Of a stretch of 64,000 nt of DNA, positions 26,744 to 39,203 are shown piece after piece. The stretch spans positions 355,632,001 to 355,696,000 of the forward strand of contig OZ024740.1 in the NCBI GenBank assembly GCA_964016885.1, read 5' to 3'. Under the pieces are notes generated by a model that made no database searches, was not told where the DNA came from, and saw only the letters and a list, made by a program, of their open reading frames with translations. Both the position numbers and the translations under genes were made by a program. The DNA comes from Eledone cirrhosa. Taxonomy: Eukaryota. Each line of letters begins with the position of its first letter. Position 1 is the first letter of the stretch.

Positions 26744-26814
26744 ATTTCATCTGATGAACGAACTAGACATTTGTTACAATCGTCTAATTTTGTGAAACCT
26801 TGGGTAATGGAATA
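26744..26814 (+). ncRNA. Type I hammerhead ribozyme motif (Penelope-type)
   Basis: Stem I TATTTCAT/ATGGAATA; CTGATGA; stem II with TAGAC/GTCTA; GAAAC-CTTGG-GTA (short stem III, GUA cleavage triplet). Confidence 0.7.
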
Positions 26815-27293
26815 ATTATATTTTGCTGTTTATTATATAATTAAACACACACACACACACATACACATGTGTAAGAGTGTGTCTGTTTGCTTATGTTTGT
26901 GTCTGTGTTTATGCCCCATAACTTAACAATCCAATAAGAATTATCAATAAAAAAAGTATTAGACTAAAAAAATAAGTACTGGGATTAATATAATTGGCTA
27001 GCTTAAGGTGGTACCCCAGTGTGGCCAGAGTCAACTGACTGCAACAAGTAAAAGAATAAAAGGAAGTCAATTAAATGCCACACAAAGTTTCATCTTAATT
27101 AGAGGCACTGCTAATTACATAGGAATCTAATTAACTAGACATAAAAATATTAATTTTTGCAAATTATTTTAAAAGAGAAAACAGAATTTGTGACATACAT
27201 GACACATGCAAAGTGAAATAGTCATTAAGGTTTTAAAAGTGGACTAAACCAGCAATAAATTGATGTCTCCTCTAGTATAGAGGAGGCATCAAT

Positions 27294-27575
27294 GGTGGAG
27301 GCACATGGCCTGGTGGTAAGGGTGTTGGACTTACAAACAATGTCATGGGTTTGATTCCTGGGCTGGGTTGTGTGTTGTGTTCTTGAGCAAAACATTTCAT
27401 TTCAGGTTGCTCCAGTATACTCAGTTGAAATGAATATCAGCAATAACTGAGGGGTTAACTCTGTGATGGACTGGCGTCCTGTCCAGGAGAAAGTCTTGTA
27501 CTTTCAGTTGCTTCACACCATGAAAACTGGGATAAGTACCAGCCTGATGAGCCTCCGGGCTTAAACTGTAACTAG
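27294..27575 (+). mobile_element. tRNA-derived SINE with V-domain-like core and L2-like tail
   Basis: A/B-box head (TGGCCTGGTGGT, GGGTTTGATTCC); CTGTGATGGACTGGCGTCCTGTCCAGG resembles the V-SINE domain; tail GAAAACTGGGATAAG..CCTGATGAGCC. Confidence 0.6.
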
Positions 27576-30328
27576 TATAGTACTTGTTATCTCAGCATAG
27601 TCAAATAGTTAAAACATTTGCTTTTCAACCATTAGGCCCCAGGTTTGATCCCATTAGGTGGAATCTTGGAGCAAGGGTCATTTACAATAACCTTGGGTCA
27701 ACTCATGCCTTGTGTGTGGAATTGGCTAGACAGAAACTGTTTGTAAGTCTGTTGGATGAACTGTACCTGTAATTCAAAGGACTAGCCTTGTCACACACTG
27801 TCATACTGAATCTCTCTCAGAGTTATGCTAAGGGTACATGTGTTTGTGGAATTCTCAGTGGCATGTTTATTTCATATGCAGGCTGTTCTATTAGTGAACA
27901 GCTGGAACATTCATCATCAAAAGTTAACAGAGGTTCATCAACTGATTGATCAACTCATCTAAAATTTCAATAAATCCTTGTTTGTTTTGATCATTAATTA
28001 GTATTCAAATAAAATTACTATCATTTAATATTTATACACAACTTAATTTTGGCTTTTATAAATACTCTTCGTTTTTAATTCTATACAAAACTTTTATAAA
28101 AAGAAAACTAGTCTATACATTCAATTAAATATTTAATTCTTGAGCACATTTATTTGTTTCCCTGCATATTTAATACTAATTTCCAGATTAACTATAAGAT
28201 GACAAAATCATTTTACAGTTTGTTAAAGAAACAATAATCATCATCATTGTTGTATTATGCCCACTTTTCCATACTGGCATGGGTTATATGATTCATTATA
28301 TACCGAGTCAGTACTTAATCGGAGCTACAGTTATCCTAGATGGGCTGTGGGATTCCATTTCATTCAATATATATATATATATATATTTTTATTCATGGCT
28401 TCTACAGCTAAATATCTTTCCTAACATCAACCACTTTACAGAATGTACTGAATACACTTTATTGTGGCACCAGCACTAGGTATGTTGTCATTGATATAAT
28501 TGAAGAGTCCTCTCTACTCTATTTTGGCATGATTTCTGTGACTGCATGTCTTTAATATAAAAATATGTATGTAAATATAAATATATATATATCATCATCA
28601 CCACCATTTTATATCTATTTTCCATGTCTTCATGGGTTAGACTTGTTTAGTCTTGGAGTATGACAACCAGACAGTTGACTGTGTCTCACTCATTCATTGC
28701 ATTTTAGTATGGCTCATAAGGCTGGATACCCTTCCTATGCCAATCACTTCACAGCATGTGACAAGTGTGTTTTATTGCAGACACTGCCATCTACATGGTG
28801 AACTGGGTGCTTTTTATTTTGGCAACAGCACTAACACTTTACTTATTTTCTCTCTGAGAGAGAAAGAGAGAGCTTCTTATTGTGGTGTCAGCACAACCAC
28901 TTTTCATATTATATATATATATATATATATATGGGTTTGGATCTAGCTGTCGAAACAGCCGGAGCTCAGCCGTCGGGGTCCTGACGCTTTTCCTATATAT
29001 ATATAAATATATATATATGTATGTATGTATACAAACTGATGTTAAATGAATATGATGATGATAATCAACATTAATGTTATATCAGTGATGATAATGATGA
29101 AGTTTAGTTTTAGTTAATTACATGCTGCCTTTGATATGAAGTGTGCAATATATTGAAGAAACAACATTTGTAATGGAAAGCATTGCTGCATATCCTTTCT
29201 TGGTTAGAATATCATCGAAAATGAAACATATCTGATTATTTAATTGATTCCATTGCAGTAATTAACAAGAAACATTCATTTATGTCATTTGTCTTGAAGA
29301 AGGGCATCAGATTAACTTGGGGCACCAAGTATTAGGTTCAGTCCAATATTGAAAATGATAATTGAGCTCTTCTCTTTAGTACATTCTCTCTACTTCTAAT
29401 GTTACTGAATATAATACAAATCCTGCTTTGCATTTTCTCTCAACAGAATTATTTCTTGGATTTGTACTTGTCTGGCAAATGAGTTAATCTGAGACCATGT
29501 ATTGAAACTGAAGCAATTACATTGTGGAAGAGTTACTTTAGTCATAAAAGCACACAAAAACTATTAACTTTACTTTGCATTTATCATTTATTTTTTGGTG
29601 TTAAAATGTTCATCACTGATGCATTTCCACTGCTGTCATTGGATCTCAGCTGGTTCCATTAATGAGTGTTTCAGTTGTTCAAACAACAGTATATTATAAG
29701 TGACTGAGCATTCACAGACATATGTACCTTTACCATAGTTCTCAGGGATATTCAGTGTGATACTGTGTGCGATAAGGCTGGCCTTTTGAATTACAGGTAC
29801 GACTCATTTTTGTTAGTTGATAGAAGTGGAGCAATGTGAAATAAAGTGCCTTGCTCAAGGAAAAATGTGCCCCCAAGAATCAAACTCTTGACCTTACAAT
29901 CATGAACCAAATCCCTATGCCTTCTCTCAATAGAACTATTTTTATTTTTATATATCTATACAACTAGATAAATCTATTATATTATATAGGTGCAGGTATA
30001 GTTGTCTGGTTAAGCAGTTTGCTATGCAATCATATGGTTTCAGGGTCACTCTTACTATAGCATCAAGTTGACCAATACTTAATGAGTGGAATATGGTAGA
30101 TGAAAACTGCCAAAGCTTTCTGTGTGTGTATGTGTATATGTGCATGTGTGGGGTATGAGTGTATGTGTTAACGTTTGTGCCTGTGTTTATGCCTATAACT
30201 TAGTGGTTTGACAAAAAGCAATCAATGAAATAAGTACCAAACTTACAAAAGTAAATACTGGTACAGGACATTAAGAGTTAAATAGTTTATCATGCCACAT
30301 CCATGATGCAGCTGTTATATACTTATTT

Positions 30329-30369
<41 letters not shown>

Positions 30370-30714
30370 AAAAATAAATTAAACAAAAATGATTAATCCA
30401 TGTTGCTGGCATTTCTAAACACTCATCTATATATTACAATAAGGAGATACACACCAAAGCACACATCAACACATTCTTTATTCATTAGAGAAAGTAAATA
30501 AAGACACCATAATGAAGGGTCATATAAATTCATAGACTTAATGACTATGTTATTGCAATGTATTAATTATTTGGTATGGTAGAGGGAGTGCTGAGAGTAT
30601 AAGGATAATCCAAACTGATAATGTACTTGATGCCTCAGCTGACACAGATTTTTATATTTTGTCACTAACATTGTGTTGTGTTTATGACCAAGACACTTTA
30701 CTGACAAATAAATG

Positions 30715-31030
30715 TAGTTTATAAGTTAGGAGCTTTGGCTCACAATCCTATCATCATGAGTTTGAATTCTGAACCAAACGGTACATTGTGTCTTTGAGCA
30801 ATATACTTTATTTTACATTGCTCTAGTCCACTCAGCTGGAAAAAATTAGTTGTACCTGTTATTCAAATCACCAGCCTTCTCGCTCACTGCATCATGCTGA
30901 GCCTCCCTGAGAGCTACATTAACAATGCACATGCATAGAATGCTCAGCCACTTGCATGTTACTCTTGCAAACAAGCTGTTCCATCATTCAAACAATTGGT
31001 ATACTTGTTGAAAGTGATGGCGGGCCAACT
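30715..31030 (+). mobile_element. Long tRNA-headed SINE, decayed
   Basis: Head plus TTGAGCAA..CTTTATTT..CATTGCTC..CTCAGCTG core; 3' body shared with ~9385-9550, 18540-18680(-), 27765-27930, 29640-29900(-). Confidence 0.55.
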
Positions 31031-31998
31031 CCATATTGGAGTCTTTGATGAAATGACTTGTAACAAATGTTTCCTTGCATTCTGATTTCAAATCCTACCA
31101 AAGTCAACTTTGCCTTTCATCCTCTCAGGCTCAGTAAATGAAGTACAACTCTAGGGTGGTGGCCAGATGGAATTGTTAGAGTACTGAATGGGATGCCTTG
31201 CAATATTTGTTACAGATCTTTGCATTCTGAATTTAAAACCTGTGGCCTTGCTCAGTTTAACACCACCACCTGGATGTTGGGTGCTTTTACCAGAATCCAC
31301 TTGCAAGCATTTGGGCTAAGTCTTTGGTTTGAGGATACTTTCTGTCCCCTCTTTCACAATTCTTATGATCTCTTAAAAGAGTAATAAGCACTGCTTTGCT
31401 TCCTAACCAAGTGATAAAAAAAGGGTCAGTCTATTTACTGTAAAATGGATATAGCAGGATAGGAGTAAGTGACTGCAAACAGTAATGACAACACTACACA
31501 TGTTCATACTACCCTGCAAGCATCAAACAGCTGGTCTTTCATTTTTTTTTATTTTATTTGATTGTGCTAGACAAAGACTGATGACATTGAAGTGGTTAAT
31601 GTTTCTCTTCAACGTTATTATAGCTTTTCCATTCTCACTCCAAAATTATAAGTATCATCAAACTTATCGTTAAGTTATTAATCAACAATTTCCAGTCAAA
31701 TTGGATAACGTCTAAATATGCTATGCCAGAATATTAAAATTGGGGGTTAAGGCTGGAATGCTATTAATCAGGAGTTGGAAAAACTATGGCTCACGGCTTC
31801 ATTCCATCTGGTCTGCTGACTTCATTAAATATGTGATGTTACATTCAAACATTCTTTTTTTGTATATCAATCTTTGGACTGCAAAGCATAAAAACATTCC
31901 AAATTTAGCTCAGCTTCAAAGAAAGTTTGTCAGCCTTTGCTCGATCAGAGCTGACCTAGGTTAAACAGTAATAGCAAGGAAGGATATTGATAATGCAG

Positions 31999-32162
31999 AC
32001 CTAGATACATTGTGTTTGAATAAAACATGAAGTTATCATAACTGGAACATCTTTGATCATAGATCTGCTGGACACATTGATTATCTACACCTAGATACAT
32101 TTTTAGTGAATAAAACATAGGATGCTCACTACTGGAACATCTTTGATCATATATCAGCTGGA
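31999..32162. repeat. ~90-bp tandem duplication within a dispersed repeat
   Basis: ACCTAGATACATT...GAATAAAACAT...ACTGGAACATCTTTGATCATA occurs twice. Confidence 0.8.
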
Positions 32163-33344
32163 TCAGAGCTGACTTAAACAATAATGGTTTCTGATTTAAG
32201 CACAAGGCCAGTGCGTGACTGGTACTTTATTTTATCGATCCAGTAAGGTTGAAAGGCAAAGCTAACCTCAGCAGGATTTGAACTCAGAATGTAAAGGGCT
32301 GTAACTATGCCGCAAAGTAGGGTGTCCGATGATCTACCAATTCTGCCAAGTCACTGTCCTTAAATAATACTAGCTTACTTAATAATTGTTTCTACTTTTG
32401 GCACAAGGCTAGCAATTACCCAGTGCATCACTGGTACTTTATTTTATCGACCCCACAAGGATGAAAGGCAAAGTTAACCTCGGCGGGATTTGAACTCAGA
32501 ATGGCAAACTAGTACCAAATCTATTATATAAGAACCTCCCCCACTCCACTCCAGCATACACACAATATCCATACATTCACACATCTCTGGAAATCCCCCT
32601 ATCCAACATGCAAAACACTATGCTAATCTGAAATTAAATAACCTTCATTGAAATTCACTATTAATATCTATTATATATGAAAGTGGGATGCTTTACAGCA
32701 TTAGTTCAACATTATCTCAGATAAACCAACAATAGAGTCTATATGTAGTCCTTCATTTTCTAGAAATAGCAGCCAAATCTCCTTCATAATGACACCCTGT
32801 TGCCTTAGCAAAGAAGGGTACAGCATTTAAGAGTCCTAGGTATACTGTCCTCAGGTTGAAATAATTGGGGTTGGTCACAGCTGGAATGCCTTTAACTATA
32901 GGCATTGTCAGCCAACAATGTTATCACTGTTCCAAGTTCAAACTATGTCATGGTTGGCAGAAAATAAATTATCAGTAATCTACAGAAGTTTCTTTATATA
33001 ACAATTAATTAAAATGAAATGACAGCAACATTTCAAAATATTAAAAAAAAAGCTTTTACTTTTTAAAAGAAATTGAAGGAAATCGACATTTTATTATATT
33101 TTGAAATCATGTTCTTAAATATATTTTAAACCAGATGATAATTAATGCAGATGACACAGCAAAATTGTGATGTCTTCATATTTCAAAAATACAATACAAT
33201 ACAAAACAAAATATAATTATTATATGAGGTCTAACAACAATTAATGGTTAGCAAGGTGAAAATTAAGTGATGTTATCAGAAATGTGGCAAGTAATGCAAT
33301 AATAATAATTTCTAGCATATGCACAAAAACTTGGGAAAAAAGTC

Positions 33345-33625
33345 TTCACTTCTTCACCCACTTATTCCTGAGAGGGTCATGAGAAGAGTCCTCAAACATT
33401 CCCTCCAGTGGGTCCTGTCAGAAGCAACTGTCTCCAACTAATCTGGCTGGATCCCCAAGTGAGACGAGCCAAGATCATGGATGTTATCCAACCATCTTGC
33501 TCGAGGTTTGCCTCTGGGTCTCCTACCTGTTGGTTTTTCCCATAAAATCTGTCCAGCGATTCTTTCCTGAGACATTCTAACCACATGCCCATTATATTGG
33601 AGCTGTGATCTCTCAATTCGGAGAT
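33345..33625 (-). mobile_element. RTE (Expander/Rex3-like) 3' fragment
   Basis: Aligns by eye with 10085-10370, including the 3' end CAGGAATAAG. Confidence 0.75.
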
Positions 33626-33819
33626 GTAGTTGATTAGGTTAAATCAACCCTAGTATTTGACTGGTTTTATATTTTTCAACCATGAAATATTGATAAACAA
33701 TAAATTACATCATTTCTTGCCATTTTACAAAGCCTCTCTCTCTCTCTATTATATATATATATATATATATATACATACATATATATATACATACATTTAT
33801 ACATACATATATAATAAAT

Positions 33820-34086
33820 GTAATCTGAGTTTTTCGAATATTAATAATAACATTCGATTCGTTTGAAATTATGCAAACAAGCCTCAATTTTATAGCCATA
33901 TCAGTGTTGGCATGTGAACATGCATAATTGCAAACGAACCGAATGTTATTAATATTCCCGCCGAGGTTAACTTTGCCTTTCATCCTTACGGGGTCGATAA
34001 AATAAAGTACCAGTAATGTACTGGGTATTTGCTGGCCTTGTGCCTAAAGTAGAAACAATTATTAATATTCGAAAAACCCAGATTAC
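33820..34086. mobile_element. Small TIR element (MITE) with a SINE fragment inserted in its right TIR
   Basis: Left TAATCTGAGTTTTTCGAATATTAATAATAACATTCG.. and right ..CGAATGTTATTAATATTC/CGAAAAACCCAGATTA; SINE at 33958-34058 flanked by the 12-bp TSD TTATTAATATTC (33946-33957, 34059-34070). Confidence 0.75.
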
Positions 34087-34344
34087 TTTTATTGCAGAGC
34101 GAAAATTTTCTTTTATATATATATATATATATTTCGTTTCTGAATTTGTTTAGCAAGATTCTTTATCTGAAAACGTGTGTTGAAACCGATATTGTTATAC
34201 TTTGGGAGGGTCATGTTGCCAATAAGAAACACACGCACCAGTTGCTTTCACTTCAATTTATTATAAAATAAATTTATAAATTTAGGAATTTATAAATTTC
34301 CGGTTGGTTGATTGGTTCCACAACAAAACGATTGTTCATATATT

Positions 34345-34387
34345 GTCAAAGTTCTTTCGTCACACATTCTGTGACCTCTTCAGTGAC
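34345..34387 (-). ncRNA. Minimal hammerhead motif in the Penelope pLTR
   Basis: GTCA CTGAAGA GGTCACA-GAATG-TGTGAC GAAA GAAC TT TGAC. Confidence 0.6.
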
Positions 34388-35111
34388 TGGGGATTCTTTT
34401 CTTTGTTTTGTGCCTCTCCTTTGTTTTGTCCTACGCAATCTTGTTTCTGTGTGTGTTGTGTGCTTAGTTTGTGCATGTGTTACATCCGGGTGTCTGTGTG
34501 TGTTTTTATTTGTTTATTTGTTTATTTACATGTTACTGGTTGGTTGTTTGTTCTGTGTGTGTTTTCATTTTGTCCTTAATTGTAAGTTGTGATGTTGCTA
34601 TTCCATTCATGTTTTCTATTTAATTTTGGTTGGAGTTCATTTATGTTTATTGCCTGTGATTTGTCTAAACATTGTGTCTTTTCTGTGTGTAGATTCTATT
34701 TTTATTTCTATGTTCTGTAATTTACCCTTATGATCTAATTTAGCATGTTGGTAGAGTACAGATGATTCTTTACTATCTTGAAGCTCTCGCGAGTGTTCAT
34801 TTATCCGTTCTCCTATACTACGAGCTGTCTCACCTATGTACACTATATTCTTATCTCTACATTGTCCTTCAGTACATCTTATGCTATATACTACATTTCT
34901 AGTTTTACAGTTAATATGGGGGCTTAGTTTACAGATTATACATTTCTTATCTATGCAGGGAGGTCTTTGAAAAGGGTATGTATTGCTAATAAGTGTTTTT
35001 ATGGAGGTACCTGGTCTTTCTACTATCTTAATAAGCACACAACACACACAAAAACAAGATGGCGTAGGACAGAACAAAGGAGAGGCACAAAAACAAAGAA
35101 AAGAATCCCCA

Positions 35112-35154
35112 GTCACTGAAGAGATCACAGAATGTGTGACGAAAGAACTTTGAC
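35112..35154 (+). ncRNA. Minimal hammerhead motif in the inverted pLTR copy
   Basis: GTCA CTGAAGA GATCACA-GAATG-TGTGAC GAAA GAAC TT TGAC. Confidence 0.55.
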
Positions 35155-35341
35155 AATATATGAACAATCGTCTGGTTGTGGAACCAACCAACCAACCGGA
35201 AATTTATAAATTTAATTTATAATAAATTGAAGTGAAAGCAACTGGCGCGTGTGTTTCTTATTGGCAACATGACCCTCCCAAAGTATAACAATATATATAT
35301 ATATATAATCATCATCATCATCTTCGTTTAACGTCTATATA

Positions 35342-35680
35342 TAGGCACATGGCTTAGTGGTTAGAGCATTGGCCTTGCAATCGAAAGGTTGTGAGTTCAA
35401 TTCTCAGACCGGGTGATGTGTTGTGTCCTTGAGCAAGACACTTTATTTCACATTGCTCCAGTTTACTCAGCTGTAGAAATGAGATGATAGGGACTGGGGT
35501 CCCTATCATTCCACTGCAAAGTGGTCGTGGAGGTGCCACGGCAAAAAAGCACCCAGCCCACACTGTAAATAAGGCTGGTGTTAGGAAGGGCATTCAGCTG
35601 TAGAAATCAAGCCAGAATCAGTTCCAGTCCCACCCTTGCTAGCAGGGAAAAGCGGACATAAAATGAAATGATGGTGTTGA
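35342..35680 (+). mobile_element. tRNA-derived SINE with RTE-derived 3' half
   Basis: TGGCTTAGTGGTTAGAGC / GAGTTCAATTC boxes, CORE-like TTGAGCAAGACACTTTATTTC, then a segment near-identical to the RTE 3' UTR at 40618-40734; sister copy at 43786-44111. Confidence 0.8.
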
Positions 35681-36849
35681 TATATATATATATATATATA
35701 ACATAGGCGATAACTATATAAGTTTTATTTTGATGTCAATAATAATAGTTTCTACATTTAGCACAAGGCCAGTAATTTGCATTACTGGTACTTTATTTTA
35801 TCGACCATGTAAGAATGAAAGGCAAAGCTAACATCAGCAGGATTTGAACTCAGAATGAAGGACCGTAACAATATGCTGCAAAGCATGTTGTCTGATGCAT
35901 TACCAATACTGCCAATCCAATGCTCTTTATCAGTGGAGGGTCGGACAACATGCTTTATGGCATTGAGTTTATGGCCCTTTATGACCCGAGTTCAAATCCT
36001 GCCAAGGTTAGCTTTGTCTTTCATCATTATGGGGTCAAGAAAATAAAGTACCAATAATGCACTGGTGTCAATTTATCGACTTCCACATCCCCAAAATTGT
36101 TGGCTTTGTACCTAAAGCAGAAACCAATAAAAATAGTAACTGTTAAAATAGACACAAGGCTAGGATTTGGGAGGAAAGGGTTAATTGATTAAATCAACCT
36201 TATTTTTTTACTATTTTATGAAAGTATGAAAGGCAAAAGTGTCCTTGCTGAGATTTGAACTCAGAATGTAAAAGCATTTTATCTGATGTTCTAATGATTC
36301 TGATTGTTGAAGTTTAATACATATAGAAAGCTATTAAAAAGTAGCAACAGTGAGTTAAGAAAAATACTTAGTATGAAGCAAACAAACTGATTAGTGTAAT
36401 AAGGAAACAAGAACAGAGAAACAAAAACACAACAATAAGTTCTCTACAATTGTTCTCTATATGAACAGAAAAAATAAAGTACAAAGTAAAAGATAACTAT
36501 ACCAAAGAAAAGAATTTAGGTAAGGACAAAACAACTGAAGACTGCTGAACAAAAACATAAGACATAAACTGGAATTCTAAAATCTACCAAAGAAAAAATG
36601 TAAGGACAAACACTCCTGTTAGGTCTAACATAGAGGAAGTAATTTAACATGAAAATCAACAATGGCTCAAATGTTTTGGATTAAAAGTAGAAAAGGAAGT
36701 TTTAATTTTAGATGCAGAAGATCAATACCTATCCACAAATACATTGTAAGAATAAAATAATGAAACAAGAAGCTAATATCAATTGTAATCAATATAAGGA
36801 AACAATTAATCACATTAATTTTTGCTGTCTTGCGGAAGTGAAAATATAA

Positions 36850-37334
36850 TGTACCCAGTACACACTGTAAAGTGGTTGGTATTAGGAAGGGATTCCAGCA
36901 TAGAAACCATGCCAAGATGATTTGAGAGGACTCTTCAGTCATAACACAACAATCTCTCTAGTGCTGCTGATATGAAACATGCACCTGGTACACCTTGTAA
37001 AGAGATAGGAAGAGCACCAAATTTAGAAACCCTGCAAAAATTGTTGAGAGGATTCTTCAGTTGCATCAAGAGCACAATAACCTTTTGAGTGCTGGTGACA
37101 TGATGAAACACCCAATATACTCTGTAAAGTGGTGAATAATATGAAGGTCATCTAGCCATATAAACCTTGCCAAACAAAGAGTAGAGAGGATTTTTCAGTT
37201 ATGTTTAAGACAATAAAATGAATGCATTCTGTAGAATGTGAATTTAATGGCTCAAATTGAGTACTGACTTGGTCAGTAACAACTTGTCCAACCCTTGCCA
37301 GCATGGAAAATGAATGTTAAATGATGATGATGAT
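36850..37334 (+). repeat. Three decayed ~130-140 bp tandem units of the RTE/SINE 3' core motif, ending in an RTE tail
   Basis: Unit CAGTACACACTGTAAAGTGGTTGG..AGGAAGGG..CCAGC..TAGAAAC..GAGAGG..CTTCAGT; ends GCATGGAAAATGAATGTTAAATGATGATG. Confidence 0.65.
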
Positions 37335-37932
37335 CCAAGTTGATAACCATATGATTTAGGCAATATGCTGATACTTTAATGTAAAAACTGAGAAGTGTTT
37401 TATGTCTTTACCAACATGGGGCACATCTGTTCAAACTGACAAAAAGATCAAGGTAAAATTACCCAAATTCAAAGACATGAATGACAATCTCTTAACAAAA
37501 TTGATCTGTTCTGAATAACTGCATCAATTCCTTCTCAATAAAATAACAATAAAAAAGGTACAAAAATCTTGAAACAGAAATAAGCATTACCGGTAATAAA
37601 ACCTACATAGTTAAAAAAAAAAAAAATAGCCCTTCCAACACAACCCAAATAATATGCATGACACTTTCAATTCAGTGGCATAATTCACACAACATACTAT
37701 GCAATCACCACTCAATGAAATAACACAACTTACAATCATTATTCCATAATATAATACAACACCAGTAGCACATTCTCTAAAGAATTCCAACCAATAACGC
37801 AGATTCATACATAATCAGTACCTTATAAAATCAACCATAATAATATCTCATGGGTTTATATGTATAAAGGTATGTAGGATTGAAGCCACTGTTGCAGTAT
37901 ATAAACTTTCAAATGCCTGAACCTATAAATTT

Positions 37933-38022
37933 GCATATCTGATGAGATGTCGAGGAAGAGTCAGGCTCTGGTCATTATGACTGTACCTTGAGCTGATTGA
38001 TATTGAAACTATTGTAATATGT
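37933..38022 (+). ncRNA. Type I hammerhead ribozyme motif followed by AATAAA (Penelope-type)
   Basis: Stem I GCATAT/ATATGT; CTGATGA; extended stem II (GATGTCGA/TTGATATT, TCAG-GCTC/GAGCTGA); GAAAC-TATT-GTA; AATAAA at 38024-38029. Confidence 0.7.
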
Positions 38023-39203
38023 CAATAAAGTTTATATATATCTTGCAACAGTGACTTTGACCCTACTTATTTTTTATTTACACTCTGCACACTACAGCTG
38101 CTTTAACTCTGGAATACAACCCAACACAAGCCAGACCTTGTAACTGCAGTGAGTGCTTAGAACGGTGCACTGCCTGTAGCTGTAGTTACACACTTACCTA
38201 ACATATCATCATCATCATCATCGTTTAACGTCCATCTTCCACGCTAGCATGGGTTAGACGGGAGTTGTCCCACTTGAGGCAAGGTTGGTCGGGTAACCGT
38301 GTCTCGCTCATATATATGTGTGTATGTATATGTGTGTATATATATATATATATCCTTTTGTAACTCTTTAAAATTTACTCACACATGTACCCACAATGCA
38401 CTATCAGTCATTTTGGTATAAGAAGAAGTCTGCTTGCCAATCACAAGGTTTTGGTTTCTAACCCCTCATAAATAGTTATTTCTCTAAAGTTACTCATATA
38501 TTTAATCCTGTATGTCATGTATGAACATTTATATCCTAGAAATAAATGATCAAAATATCATTTTTATCTTTAATCACTTCCACGTGTCAGTAATCAACAT
38601 TTCTTTTATGCAAACTATCAATTTATCAAAATGTACATTTCCCAGTTTGTATGATTGTTTATATATCTGGTAACTCTGGTATATATATTCAATGTTATTG
38701 CCATCAATATTGACATGACTCCTTCACTAATAAATACATGACATATCATTACTAACTTATACAACCCATTCTTCATAATTGCCACGCAGTAATATAAATC
38801 CTACACAGCTTACATAGAAAAATGTGAAACCATGATGACCCAACAAAATAATACAACACTCATAACTAACAAAACAAACCTCACAACAAAAAACAACAGG
38901 TGTAGTATACAAAGTGAATTCTACATCCCTAAAAGACAATATTGTATGCACCTTGGGAGCACAATGGTGAAACAAGTGGGGAGCAACAATGGTGAACCAG
39001 GTGAGGGAGCTTGAATGGAAACAATAATATTTAAAATAATGATGAGGATTTAACACTTTGGCACCAACTATAGGTGAATGAGATATGTTATGGATATCAA
39101 AAGGGAACTGTAAAATTTGTATTATCATCCTCTAGTACACACACACACACACACACACGTGTGAGCACCCATGTCTACAGCTATTAATTAATTAGTTTAC
39201 ACT

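Larger units (their letters stand above)
34135..35294 (-). mobile_element. 5'-truncated Penelope-like element with inverted pseudo-LTR
   Basis: GIY-YIG remnant CIICK..CKTRNVVYSIRC..VYIGETARSIGERINEH..SVLYQH (34637-35030); 34189-34466 and 35032-35294 are inverted repeats; AATAAA downstream of a hammerhead motif. Confidence 0.88.

Noticed and set aside
27541-27575. CTGATGA as a hammerhead core (also 4360, 13787, 48664, 53500)
   Set aside because: No correctly placed GAAA/NUH or stems; explained by a SINE tail, GIY-YIG coding sequence or chance.
35342-35420. tRNA gene
   Set aside because: A/B boxes are present but continue into a SINE body; tRNA-derived head, not a tRNA.
36850-37334. CRISPR-like or satellite array
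   Set aside because: Eukaryotic context; units are long, diverged retroposon-derived sequence without unique spacers.
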